A DNA stretch of 64,000 nucleotides from Dipteris shenzhenensis (lineage: Eukaryota), in NCBI GenBank assembly GCA_047967505.1, contig CM106538.1; one strand, given 5' to 3'. Position numbers and translations under genes: made by a program. The notes beneath the pieces were generated by a model. It searched no databases. It was not told the origin of the DNA and was given only the letters and a program-made list of their open reading frames with translations. The first letter of the stretch is position 1. Every line of letters starts with the position of its first letter. This document shows positions 10,470-22,343 of this stretch, piece after piece.

Positions 10470-13400
10470 GTCGGACTTCATCAGACTGCACAGTACAGCC
10501 CATAGATCAGGGACGTCAGTTACTGGAGCTTCTCACCTCGCACAGTATGGTCATTTATAACGGCTTGTCCAGGTGGCCACAGTCTTCCATGCCTACATTC
10601 TCTTCTGCTTCTGGGCGTGGTACTAGCATGATCGACTACATCATAGGTCCCCCGACTCTAGTCCCTTCCATCCATAGCCTTACTGTTAGCCCCTTCATGC
10701 CCTCTGCCGACCATGTACTCATCCACTTTACTTTGACTAATGTCTCCCATGACCCACCCCCCCCTCGTTATCATGACCGCCAACCCTATTACGAGGTTCA
10801 TTTCGACCACCAGTTCGATGATGTATATAGCCAGAACCTCAGCCGCCTACTCCGTCCTCATCTATTAGATGCTCTACCATCCACGCAGGACCGGTGGGAA
10901 CTTGTACATACTTCACTCGTTTCTGCCGCTCACATGTCGTTCCCTGCCACATGTCATTCGTCTAGTCCCCCACCGGTTGGTCTTGTTCCTTGCAACGGTT
11001 GGTATGACGAGGAGTGTAAGGAACTCCGCAGGAAACTTCACCTTGAGACCAAGGAGAAGTCTCCCCTCCTTGCCGAAACCAAGAGAGACTACAAGTGGTT
11101 GGTTAGGCGCAAGAAACGCCAATTTCTAGCCCGGAATGAGGAGGAGCTGAGAAGCTTGCTTTTCAGCTGTGACTCCAAGGAATTCTGGAGAAAATTCCTC
11201 CGCTCGAAGTCTCAGAGCCCCCTCACAGATCCATGGGTCTGGTTTGCATACACTTCAGCTCTATACGATGTTCCAGATCAGCCAGCCATCGATTTATCCC
11301 ATTCCCCTAGGCCAGCTTCATCTAGTCTCTTCACACCAGAGAGTGTCCGTGCAGCAGTCCACCGATTAAAGAACGGGAGAGCTAAGGATCATGATGGATT
11401 GCAAGCGGAGTATGTAATCTATGGGATTGATGCCTTAGATTTTGTTCTTTCCCATCTCTTCAATGAGTCTGTTTGTACAGGCCTACCACAGTCCTGGTTA
11501 GGCAATACCATAGTACCTATCCACAAGTCGGGGGACCCTATGGAGCCGTCGAATCACAGGACCATCATGATTGGCCACGTTATGGCCAAGATCTATGCAT
11601 CAGTTTTGGAAAGCTGTATAAATGACCATGCCGAGATGACAGGACTCAGAGCCAGAGGGCAGGCTAGATTTCGCAGGGATCATTCGACACTTGACCACAT
11701 CCTCACACTCAGGGCACTGGTAGAGGAGGCGAAGTCACGAAGGCAACGGCTTTATTGTTGCTTCGTGGACTTCAGGAAGGCATTTGACACAGTTCCGCGA
11801 TTCAGATTGTTTCAGAGGATTCGCCAGATGGGCTTCATTGGAGAGATACAGTGGGCTATCATGGCTTTGTATGAGAGGGTCACTGGTCGGGTTCGGACAC
11901 GTGAGGGGCTCTCAGAGGAGGTATGCAGCACAATTGGGGTGAAGCAGGGTTGCCCGCTCTCTCCTACTCTCTTTGGATTATATATTGATGAGCTAGAGAT
12001 GTTTATACAGATGACAGGCGGTGTGGGCTCTACTCTCTCAGGATCCTCCATTCCTATCCTCCTGTATGCGGACGATGTGGTTCTCATTTCCTCTACTGCT
12101 CAGGGCCTCCAGGCACATATTGAGGCACTCCACAGGTTTTGCCAGGATAGGGGGTTGACCGTAAACCTTGGCAAGACCAAGGTTATGGTTTTCAACACCT
12201 CTGATCGTATTTATAGCACGGATGAGTTTTGCTTCACATATGACGGACAGCCCATTGAGCTTGTTAGAGAGCACTTATTTGGGGGCAGTTTTCCGGGGAC
12301 CGGTTTTCACCATGACATATGCAGCACGAGATAGGATTAGTAAAGGGTATGCTTCGTTGGCTCATCTTGAGCGTCAGTGTTTTCAGTCCCACTTTCAGCA
12401 TCCCGATACGAAATCCTTGCTTTTTGATACATTGGTGAGACCAGCTGCGATGTATGCAGCTCCTTTCTGGGCAGGAGACCTCGGCGCTGCAGATTGGAGA
12501 CGAGTAGAGAGGTTACAGGTCATCATGTTCTCTCGGCTCATTAGGGCCAAGGCTACAGTTCCGCACGAGATCATGCTAGCAGAGTTTGGAGCTACTCCCC
12601 TTGCATTGGATGCAGCGTTTCAGTCGGTCATGTATTTGCATAGGGTTAGGGAGTTTGGAGACTCAGCAGCAGGCAGAGCTCAGTTGCCATGGTTAGCACT
12701 TGCATCTTCTATGGAGTTGGCACGATCTGGGGCCCGATACTGCTGGTACTTCAGACTCACTAGGTGGCTCACATCTCTTGGACTAGACATGGATAGACTG
12801 CCTCCCTTCCGATACAGCATAGATGCCCCTCATCTCGAGTTGACTCGCCACGAGCTTAGCCAGGTCACGAGAGCAGACTTGCTGCAGCTTCATACGTATC
12901 GCACTTGGATTTATCCCACGCAGCTTCCGACGAAGATGGCCACATATCGTGACCACTTCCTTCGGATCTCAGAGGATGGATTTGTCATTCCACCAGGCTA
13001 TACAGGTATCCACATGTCCCACTCACTGAGGATTGCCCTTGGCCAGCTTAGAGTCTCTTCGCATCAGCTCGAGATAGAGGCTGGTAGGATGCGACGCATG
13101 GAGGATGGACGGCGACCAGGCCGAGAGACCAGGATCTGCCCTTGTTGCACCATGGGAGAGGTGGAGTCAGAGGAGCACTTCGTTTGCAGATGCCCGCTAT
13201 ATTATGAGCTCAGAGGTAGATTCCACTGTCTCTTCACGGATGGCTTTGGACCTCTCTCACGAGTGATGGACTACGAGGATCAGCATTGCCTAGCTCTTTA
13301 TGTCAAGGAGGCCACTATGCTTCGACGAGACTACCTCAGAGACCATCAGCACAGACCGGAGCGTGATAGAGCCCAGCCTGATAGAGCTTAGGCACACGCT

Positions 13401-13990
13401 ATACCAGAGGACAGAGACCAGGAGGAGCACGAGGAGGTCAGAGCTCACACAGGACACATGCCTCCACCCTGTGGATGTACATATGAGATGGTTTGTAGAC
13501 ACCGCAAGATCTTGTTACATAGGGGACATACTCGTCGCTTCATCTCCAGACGATCCAGGATGATGGCAGCTTTTCGGAGGAGACTTACTCATGGAGATCT
13601 CGCCCCACTAGCCGCTCACCTCACCTTTGCTCAGATTTGTACTCTCATAGCAGGAGGCAGAGTCGATGGACAGGATTTCCAGTATTATTTTGGTTCTCAG
13701 ACTCCGTGACACCTGGACTTGTATCTTTGCATTGGCATATTGTACTCATCCCCCCATTTTGCACCCAAGGGCGGTTTCCTTGCATCTAGTTTACTTTGTA
13801 TTTAGGCTCAGATTTGACATTATGTACTTTCACTTGCATTGTATTGCGTAGCACTTAGATGATATTCGACGATGCCTCTTCTTTGTGGCACGTTGATTTT
13901 GTGCTATCTTGTATGCAGAGTTCTTGATGTCCCATGGGCCCATTTTGGCCTTTAGTGGACAATAATACACTTTCTTTCTTTCTTTCTTTC
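10470..13990 (+). mobile_element. RTE-X-like LINE, 5'-truncated (EN C-terminus, RT, CCHC domain), (TTTC)n tail
   Basis: ORF 10547-12334 (SMIDY, SADH, YCCFVDFRKAFDTV, GVKQGCPLSPTLF, LLYADD) frameshifts into 12168-13391 (QLRVSSHQLEIEAGR, CPCC..ESEEHFVCRCPLY); (TTTC)n at ~13971-13990; flanked by (TC)n on both sides. Confidence 0.93.
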
Positions 13991-14295
13991 TCTCTCTCTC
14001 TCTCTCTCTCCCTTAATTTTATTTTATTTTTAATTTTATTTCTTTAAAAAGTGTGCTTTTGCGTTTTGTTTTAGTTGCTCTCCTTGGTTTATTTCACTGT
14101 ATGACTGCTTTATTTTTTATTTGATTTGATTTGATTTTATTTATTTAATTTTTAAATCATTGGTAACTTTCCTTTTCTCTTTCTCTTTCTTTGGTGCTTC
14201 TAGGTTGATTAAGCTCTTACAGTGGCCTTGGGGCCCTGGCTAACCCTAACTGTAATCGCCAGTTTGGGGGTATATTGGCATTAGCGATACATGCT

Positions 14296-16191
14296 ATGAT
14301 GAATTCGCCTTTTGGAAACCAACAGGGCGATCTCCTGGGATGTCATCTGGCTCCTGTGACATTCCCTTGTAGTAGTAAGGGAGGCGTTACCTTGGGACGA
14401 GTAACGACTGTGCAAGCAAGCCCCCCCCTAAATACTAGTCTTGCTCCTACTAGAGTTAGGGGATATAGCAAGGGAGAAATTGCCTTGGGATGGGCAGGGA
14501 GAGTGCAAGCAAGTTCCCCAATGTTGGATCATTTGACCTCACCGAATTGGTCTTACTTTAAGGCTTTATTAGTTAGCACTCATTATACTAATAATAACAT
14601 AAGAATTCTTAATAAACTAAGACATCTTAGAAACAAGCTGCTTTAAAACTAGAAGAAGTCCCTTCGGTTAATTGCTCAAAGAAAAGTAACCATCTTTCTA
14701 AAGAAGATGAAACTCTTCTTCGAAAATTCCATAGGAATTTGGTCATTTCTTATGTGGACGAATGTTCCAATAACTTTGTTTTTATTTGCAAGAAGTTTTA
14801 CTTAGAATGTCTTTTGAGAGAAGTGAACTCGTCTGCCAAAACTTACGCCCCTGCCTTAGTTTCTCAGAAGGATTTGATCTCAAAACATCAGAGTTTTTGC
14901 AAGTCTTCTGGGTTTGTTTGCAATCCAAGCATACCTTTTCTTTGTCATGCTTGGAAGTTTCACAAAACTCCAAAAAAGCCAAGATTTATTGCAACTGCTT
15001 GTGAGACTACTTTGACGGATGTCTCTAAATGGCTAAGCTACTGCTTCAAAGCCATGTTGCCTAGTGTCCATGAACTTTGGAGGGACTTATTAAAAGAGGC
15101 AGATGTCCCCTCGAACTCAAGCTGGATTTTAAATGACTCTGTAGAGGTGATTTCTGTTGTAAAATTTTTTAATTCCTCTCGAAGCATTCAGGAAAAAGAG
15201 TCTCCTATTCTCCTTCAAACCTATGATTTTACCATGCTTTACACAAAGATTGAGTTGGAAGACCTGAAGTTTAGAATTAAAAAGCTAGTGGCTGAAGTTT
15301 TCAAGCTGAGATTTGACAAAGATAGATGCAAAGTGCTAAAAGTTGAGAAAAAAGCCTTATGCTTTGACTTTTTGTGGCTAAAAAATAAAGATCATGACAT
15401 AGATTCTGAAAAGAAAATATACACAAAGGTAGTAAGTGTAGAAGATGTTTGCTCTTGAATAGATTTTCTTTTAGATAATCTTTACATCACAATAGGTGAT
15501 TCTTTATTTCAACAAGTTATAGGAATCCCCATGGGCACTAATTGTGCCGTCTTTTTAGCAAACTTTTATCTTTTCACTTATGAATTTAAGTTTATGCATC
15601 GTCTTATTTCTATCAATACCTGCCCTATCATTTTACATCAGCTTAGTTAAGTTAGGCGTTTTATAGATGATTTATTTGTACCAGATGTTCCTAACTTTCA
15701 AGACTTTATGTACAAAGATGCTAGAGCTTTTGGAGAAGGAATCTATCCTCGTGACTCTTGTGAATTGAATTGCACTTCAATTGGGTTAGATCTTAGACTT
15801 TCTCAATCTACCATAGGATTAGAGCATAGGATTAGAGGTTGATATATACGATAAACGTGAACAACCTGAATATAGTGGTTTACACATTATAAAAATGCCT
15901 CACATTGACTCAAACATTTCTGATTTGGCAAAATATGGAGTCATTTCTTCCCAATTCCATAGATTTTCCTGCCTTTGTACAACTAAGGAGTCTTTTATCA
16001 GTCAATGTAGTAATTTGATCACTTTACTATTACACAAGAGGTATAATCCAAGGAAAATAATGAAAAAAGTTCGCACATTCTTAGATATGAAGTCTTTTAT
16101 CTATGGTGTTTCGGCCTTAGGTTTGTTTAGAATGATTGAACATAAGCTGAAAACAAAAAGCAGGGAGCTGATTAGCCCGTTTTTCTTTTAG
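14296..16191 (+). pseudogene. Penelope-like reverse transcriptase pseudogene
   Basis: VDECSNNFVFICKKFY, WKFHKTPKKPRFIA, LQTYDFTMLYTKI, QQVIGIPMGTNCAVFLANFYLFTYE (~15510-15584), VRRFIDDLF (~15651-15677), thumb MPHIDSNISDLAKYGVISSQFHRF; ORF ends right after the thumb with no C-terminal GIY-YIG; stops at 15456 and 15648 plus frameshifts. Confidence 0.88.
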
Positions 16192-16198
16192 TTTCAAA

Positions 16199-16699
16199 AG
16201 AGAGTTTGTTTGAGTATGCTTGTCCTTTCTAAGTTAGAAATGTATTTTTGCCTCTTTGTAGAAACAATACATAAGTGTAAAGGGCCATTTGCCATTTAAC
16301 TTTTCATGTTTTAAATAAGAGAGGGAGAGAGAGAGAGAGTTTCTAGTTTTTTGGAAGTTTTTGTTTCTTGACTTGCTTGTTTATTTTTGCTTAGTCACCT
16401 GCTTTTTATTTCTTGTTTTCATTCTCTTTTGTTTATTTGACGTATTTTAGTAAGCACTGGGTTTGCCCAAGAGACTCCGCGGGACTTTAGAAACCGAGTA
16501 TAGCTGCTTATGCTTGGGCACTGATGACGACATAAGTGTTGCTTTTCTTGCTAAGTATGTCTTCCTTTTGTTTTTCATAAAAGTTTTTGTTTACCTCTTT
16601 TTTCTTCTCTTTTATTTTCTTTGTAGATTTTTGATCTTTAGAACAACAAAAATTCTAAATTTGTATGATTGGACTTATTCTAGCCTTACAAAGGTATAT
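16199..16699 (+). repeat. 3' pseudo-LTR of the PLE
   Basis: Matches 9756-10282; begins just after the RT stop and runs into (TA)n at 16695-16704. Confidence 0.92.
16439..16561 (+). ncRNA. Candidate hammerhead-like ribozyme with non-canonical strand order (copy 2; intact CUGAUGA)
   Basis: CUGGG-UU(16462-63)-UGCCCAAG; UUA-GAAA(16490-93)-CCGAG; CUUAUG-CUUGGGCA-CUGAUGA(16521-27)-CGA-CAUAAG; closing stem 16439-16456/16545-16561. Confidence 0.65.
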
Positions 16700-17033
16700 A
16701 TATATGAATAATTCGAGGTGAGATGCCTTGTGCACTCTTGGACTCTCTTTGACACTCAGAGATGTAAGGGTTTCTGTTTTGTAGATGTGTACTTTGTCTT
16801 CTGCAGACATTAATATATCTTTCTTTCTTTCTCCACCCGCAAGCTAATAGCTACCTTCCCTCACTCTTTTCTCTAGTTCGAATGCAATTCCTGCAAATCA
16901 TTGAGTCTGAGCTAATTTCCATCGCTTTCTAGTTTCAAAGGGATTGAATTTGCTAGTGTTTCAGATTAGGGTGTTGCTGCGATTTATTTTGCAGACAATG
17001 GCAGCCCTTTGTGTCTTTCTATCTAATAAACCT

Positions 17034-20000
17034 TTATTATCATATTCTTGGCAGTGGCCAATTTATTGTAATAAGTAGGTTAGGGGCACTTTTCCCTCTA
17101 TGAGGTTTTATCTCCCTAACCATAGTCTAATCCCTAACTACGGTTAGTGGATAAGATAGGGTTTTTGTCACTTGCATTCCGTACACAAGCGTCAACTCAC
17201 CGTACCGCCGCACGTGCAAACTGCTTTCCTGCTACATTTGCTTACCAGTGTCCGTACAATAGTACAAATTTTGTACTATTGTGCAGGTGCCGTACCATCT
17301 ATCAGTCCGTACGGACTGACACTTCCGACCGTACGAGTTGCTATCTACACCGTGCTCTTTGCAGCTCTCGTCCGTACTACCTGTTGGTCACATTTGGTCT
17401 TCAGGTGAACATTGCTCCGTGCACGAACATTTTGGGAATTGGATGCTATTGAGCAAGAAATTGCTCAATTTTTGTGAGCCATTGTTAGGCTGAGTTTTTG
17501 GGGACAAATCTGTTGCATCAAGCCATTCTTTGGCTAAGATTCAATCAAATTTGTGGGTAGATTTGTGCACATTTACAAGTGTTGAGCACATTTGGGGCTT
17601 TGGCAGACAAATTGCAAATTTGGGGCTTTCAGTTAATTTGCCCTCTTTCGGTTGCAATTTCACCCCAAAATTTGGGGCTTTTGGTTTTGAACTGCAATTT
17701 CAGGCATTTTTGGGGCTTTCAGTTAATTTGCCCTCTTTTGGATGCAATTTCTCTGAAGAAATTGGGACTTTTGGCATTTGGATGCAATTTGGCAGTTGAA
17801 AGACCATTTGGGAGATTTGCAAGCAGTTTTGGACTCAATATGAGTCAATTTGCAGACTTTTGCCACCTTTTGCAGATTTTCTTTGTAGATTTTTGGGCAT
17901 TTGCAAAGCATTGTGGTGCATTTCAAGCCTTTGATAGGCTGTGACAGTATTTGTCATTGTGGGCAGATTTTCTTTGGCAGACTTTGGTTGTGCATTTTAC
18001 ATCCGAGGAAGGGATTCTACTTGTTCAGGTTGCAGTGTTTTTTTGAGTTTATCTGGCAAAAATGGCTCAACAACCATAATGAGGTTTTTGGAGTCATCAC
18101 ACAGGAGAAGTTGGATGGCACCAACTACTCCTTGTGGAGTTTTATGGTTCGCAACATCCTGGTTAGCATACATCTTTGGGATTATGTCAATGGAGATGAA
18201 GCAAGGCTAGATTCTATGGCTACACCTGTCACTCCTACAGCTGGAGGCAGGGGTAGAGGTCAAAATGCAGCACAAGTAATTGGAGCAGCTGCTGCTCCAG
18301 TGGCTCCCATAGCAGAGCAGAAAAGATGGGATTCTAGGGATGCACAAGCTTTATCTGTTATTTTTTCTTTCTGTCAAGAGGTTCATTATTCCACACCTTC
18401 GGTCATGCAAGACCTCAAAGGCATCTTGGGAGATATTAGAGAGTATGTTTGCAACAAAAAGTGATGCTAGAGTTTCCTTCCTGAAGAGAGAGCTCTCATA
18501 CGCACATGGATGAGGGAGATTCCATGAATACTTACCTCACAAAGCTTTAGGATTTGAGGGAGCAGTTGTTGAATGTTGATGAAGTTATTCCAGATTCAGA
18601 GATGATTACCACCACTCTGAATTCTCTTCTTGAGTCCTATCTTGGTTTCCACACCTCGCTGAATTTGTCATTCAGGGGGGGTAGCAATTCTCTCTCTTTT
18701 CGCGAGTTGGTAGGACTTCTGTTGCAGGAAGAGTAGACACAAAGAAATATGGCAACACGGGCTGGTGAGCATGCCATGCTTTCTAAGTTTAAGACCAAGG
18801 GAAAAGGGCAACAAAAGCAAAACGCCAATCAGCCCGCACATTAGCATAGAGTCGATTCAGGACAGCCCTCTTATAAGGCTAAGATAAAGAAAAGAAAAGG
18901 GATTGAAGTATGGCTATGTCAGATGCATCAGCTTCTCATGCACATGATGAGGGAGATGCTATAGCCAACTTTGTGGAAGAGCACTATGCCTTTTTGTCTT
19001 GCATTTCAGATGTTTCAGTGGGTTGTTCAGATACTACAACCACTATTGAGGATGATCCTTATGCTTTCTTGACTTGTAGTTATGATCTTTCAAAGGATGC
19101 ATGCTCTCTCAGTGTCAATGAGACGGTGTGTCAATGAGACACTGAATACTTGGTATTTTGATAGTGGTGCTTCCAAGCACATTACTTCTAAGAAGAGCCT
19201 ATTTGCATCTCTACATCCTCCATCTACTTAAAAGAAGGTTACTTGTGCAAAGAATTCTTCTTATTCAATGTGTGGAGTGGGGGACATCATCTTTATGTCC
19301 ATTAGTTGGACATAAAAACAGCTTTCCTTAATGGGGACTTGTAGGAAGAGGTTTATGTCAAACAATCTCTTGGATTTAAACTTTCTGGTGATGCACTTCA
19401 GGTTTGCAAGCTAAACAAAGCTTTATATGGGCTGAAACAAGCCCCCCGTGCATGGTATGCCAAGATTGACGCATTCCTGGCAAGTAAGGGGTTACATAAT
19501 AGTCCCACAGAAAGCACCTTCTACATCAAGAAGGATGGGGGGGATATTTTGGTCATCATTCTTTATGTAGATGACATGCTGCTCACAGGGTCAAATGAGG
19601 AAATAATTGCAGATTTCAAAGCTGAATTTGACATGACAGATTTGGGCATGTTAAATTTTTATCTGGGGATCCAGTTTATACAAGACAAGCGTGGCATCAT
19701 TATGTCTCAATCCAAGTATGTGCAGAAGCTCTTGGATAGATTCAACATGCATGATTGTAAGCCTATAACCACTCCCATGGAGCCGAGGCTGAAGCTTAGT
19801 ATCTATGATGCAGGTGAATCAGTGTCACACTTTACAGCTAGGCTGTTGGATGCCTCATCTATTTGTGCAATACTAGGTCCGATATTGAGTATACAGTATC
19901 TCAGGTGAGCAGGTATATGCACAGCCCAAAGACAACATATTGGCAGGCTGTAAAACGCATCTTCCGTTATTTGCAAGGCACAAAGTATTATGGATTGATG

Positions 20001-20825
20001 TTTCCCAAGGGGGGTGACTTGCAGATGCATGCTTACAGTGATTCAGATTGGGCTGGAGACTATGATACCAGGCAGTCCACTAGTGGTAATTGTTTCTTTT
20101 TGGGCAAAGCTTGCATTTCTTGGCTGAGCAAGAATCAATCTACAGTGGCTACTTCCTCATGTGAAGCTGAGTACAGGGCAGCTTTCACGGGACAGTTCAA
20201 TGTGTTTGGCTGAGACGTTTGTTTGTTGATCTTCGTCTCTTATTAGAGGGTCCTTCTCCAATTCTCACTAATTGTCAGAGTGCTATAGCAGTGGCAAAGA
20301 ATCCTATGTTTCATGCTCGCGCGAAGCACATTGAGGTTCATTATCATTATGTCAAAGAGAAGTTGCATGCAAGGGAGATTAGTATGATCTTTGTGTCAAC
20401 ACATGACAATGTTGCAGACATCTTCACCAAAGCACTTCTAGGTGAGAAGTTTGAGGCATTTCGCAGTGCCCTAAACTTATCTCCTTTTGGTAATTGATCA
20501 CTACCTTGTACACCACATTGGCATTGCAGGGGGGTGTTAGAATTATTATTATATTCTAGGCAGTGGCCAATGCATTGTAATAAGTAGGTTAGGGGCACTT
20601 TTCCCTCTATGAGGTTTTCCCCCTAACCACAGTCTAATCCCTAACTACGGATAGTGGATAAGATAGGGTTTTTGTCACTTAGACAAAACCCCTCACTTGT
20701 CTTTTGTACTCACTTCATTTCAGTCCACTATTCAGTACACTTACGTTCTACTCACTCTCTCTCTTGCTCATCACTCTTGCTCTCCATTGTGCTCACAGAT
20801 ATCTCTCTCAAGCTTCTATATTTCA
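17034..20825 (+). mobile_element. Ty1/copia element, degenerate, integrase deleted
   Basis: Partial 5' LTR 17034-17173 matches 3' LTR 20535-20825 (TG..CA, preceded by PPT gcagggggg); gag (KLDGTNYSLWSFMV); protease WYFDSGASKH (~19170) joined almost directly to RT LDIKTAFLNG (~19305); YVDDML; RNase H YSDSDWAGD...ADIFTKAL. Confidence 0.93.
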
Positions 20826-20889
20826 TGCAGTATTATATGTGAAGATTTACACGATTAGTTGTCTTTGGGTTGAGTGAGATAAAATATGT

Positions 20890-21550
20890 TAAGCATTGAT
20901 TTTCTATTAGAAACTAGTTTGCAGACGACATGCCAATTACAATTAGGGAAAATCCATTTGACTACCAGTGCCGCATCCATTGTCAAGTTTTGCCTAGCCT
21001 TAGGAGGTGTCGTTAATTACAATAATGAATACATATTTGGCTAGGTTCTATGTAGGATGGTCCGGATTTGGGGTGTTAACAGAGGTTTCGTTGGCCTTCC
21101 CAAAGACACCCCCTTTGGCTATCTTGGCTTTTAGGTCAGGGTTGATGTATCTCTGGCTTAGTAGTTTGTACTTGTGTTGAAGAGTATACCTCTTGTTGGT
21201 GTTTCCATGCATACATCACTAAGCAAGTGAAAAGGCTGCTTAGCAATTTCCTATGGAGTAGGGGGAATGGCTCAGTGGATACCTGAGCCAGAAACAATAC
21301 AAATCTTCCTTCATCACGGGGTGGATTGGGAATTCTTTATCCATAGCTTCAGAGTAGGGTTCTTCTAGTCAAGATTCTTGTTAGAGTTTTGACCCCATGG
21401 AACCAGCCATGGAAGCAATTCTTGCTTCAGGGTATTCTTTATTGCATACCATGAGCAACTGGGTAGTGGTCAGGGAGTTGTTGATGCTCTGGTTTGCTCA
21501 CTCCCCAACGGTTAACGTACAGATGCTCGGTGTTCAGTGATTGCGGACCG
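20890..21550 (+). mobile_element. Degenerate L1 RT/thumb fragment
   Basis: FADD-containing segment colinear with 24830-25560 (FCLA.GG.VN, YLGF.VG, GGLG.L.P, VKILVR). Confidence 0.75.
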
Positions 21551-22343
21551 TTAACCTAGCTCATGCAGTGCTTGGATGAAGTTGCTCGCTCTTTCAATCC
21601 TTGGTGAGTTGTGTACGTTCGTGCTCGGGTGTGATAAAGCAGATGTCAACAAAACAACTCGGAGGTCGGGGTTGCTATTGAAGGGGAAACCGTATGATGA
21701 TGGGGGATTGAGTTCTTCACAGTTAAAACAGACAAAACAAAACATATATATAAATAGAAGTAAAAGCCACAATCGTATTAAGGGAGTCTATTTACAACAA
21801 ATACACCATGGGTTGAACTAAGCACTTAGTAGAGAGCTCTTAACCTAGTAAGCCACGTGAGAGAGAGATCATGAATCACAATGTCACTCGTCTCTTCTGC
21901 TCCTTGTTACACCACCTCTTTTTACTAAGACTACTGTAGAACCGACTTATATTGTTAGCACGCTCGGTTCACTGGACCGCTACTCGCCATTGGCCTATCA
22001 CCGTTCACTCCAGGTTGCATCCTCTTTAGGCTCGGGGTCACCACTTTCTGTTGTTGACGCTCATCGCTTGGAAGTTAGCCACTGAAGTAGTCTGATCGCC
22101 AATCACGGGTGCCACCTGCTCTTGCGTCTATGTCGGTAAGTCTGCTTGGCTTGGCTTGAGGGCCAACATTTCGCCTCGGCTTTTTGATGACTGGGCCCTC
22201 ACGGTTCAAGGCTCGCTGGAACTAGGTGTTGCTCAAACGTCGATGATTGAGGGTGGAATCCCCAAGGTCACCGCTAGGATTCCGCCATCGTCGTGGGGCA
22301 ACAAAGGGAGGACTAGGGGTGTCGGTTGGAGGACCTGGGGAGA

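Larger units (their letters stand above)
9756..16704 (+). mobile_element. Penelope-like retroelement (Naiad/Chlamys-like RT) with pseudo-LTRs; EN apparently deleted; interrupted by an RTE-X LINE
   Basis: Direct terminal repeats 9756-10282 and 16199-16699 (no TG..CA ends, no PBS) flank a PLE-type RT (14649-16191); possible TSD tgaata at 9751-9756 and 16705-16710. Confidence 0.85.

Noticed and set aside
15456-15458. In-frame TGA in the PLE RT as selenocysteine (as in some Naiads)
   Set aside because: Most simply a TGG>TGA decay; the copy also has a TAA stop and frameshifts, no SECIS is seen, and land plants lack Sec machinery
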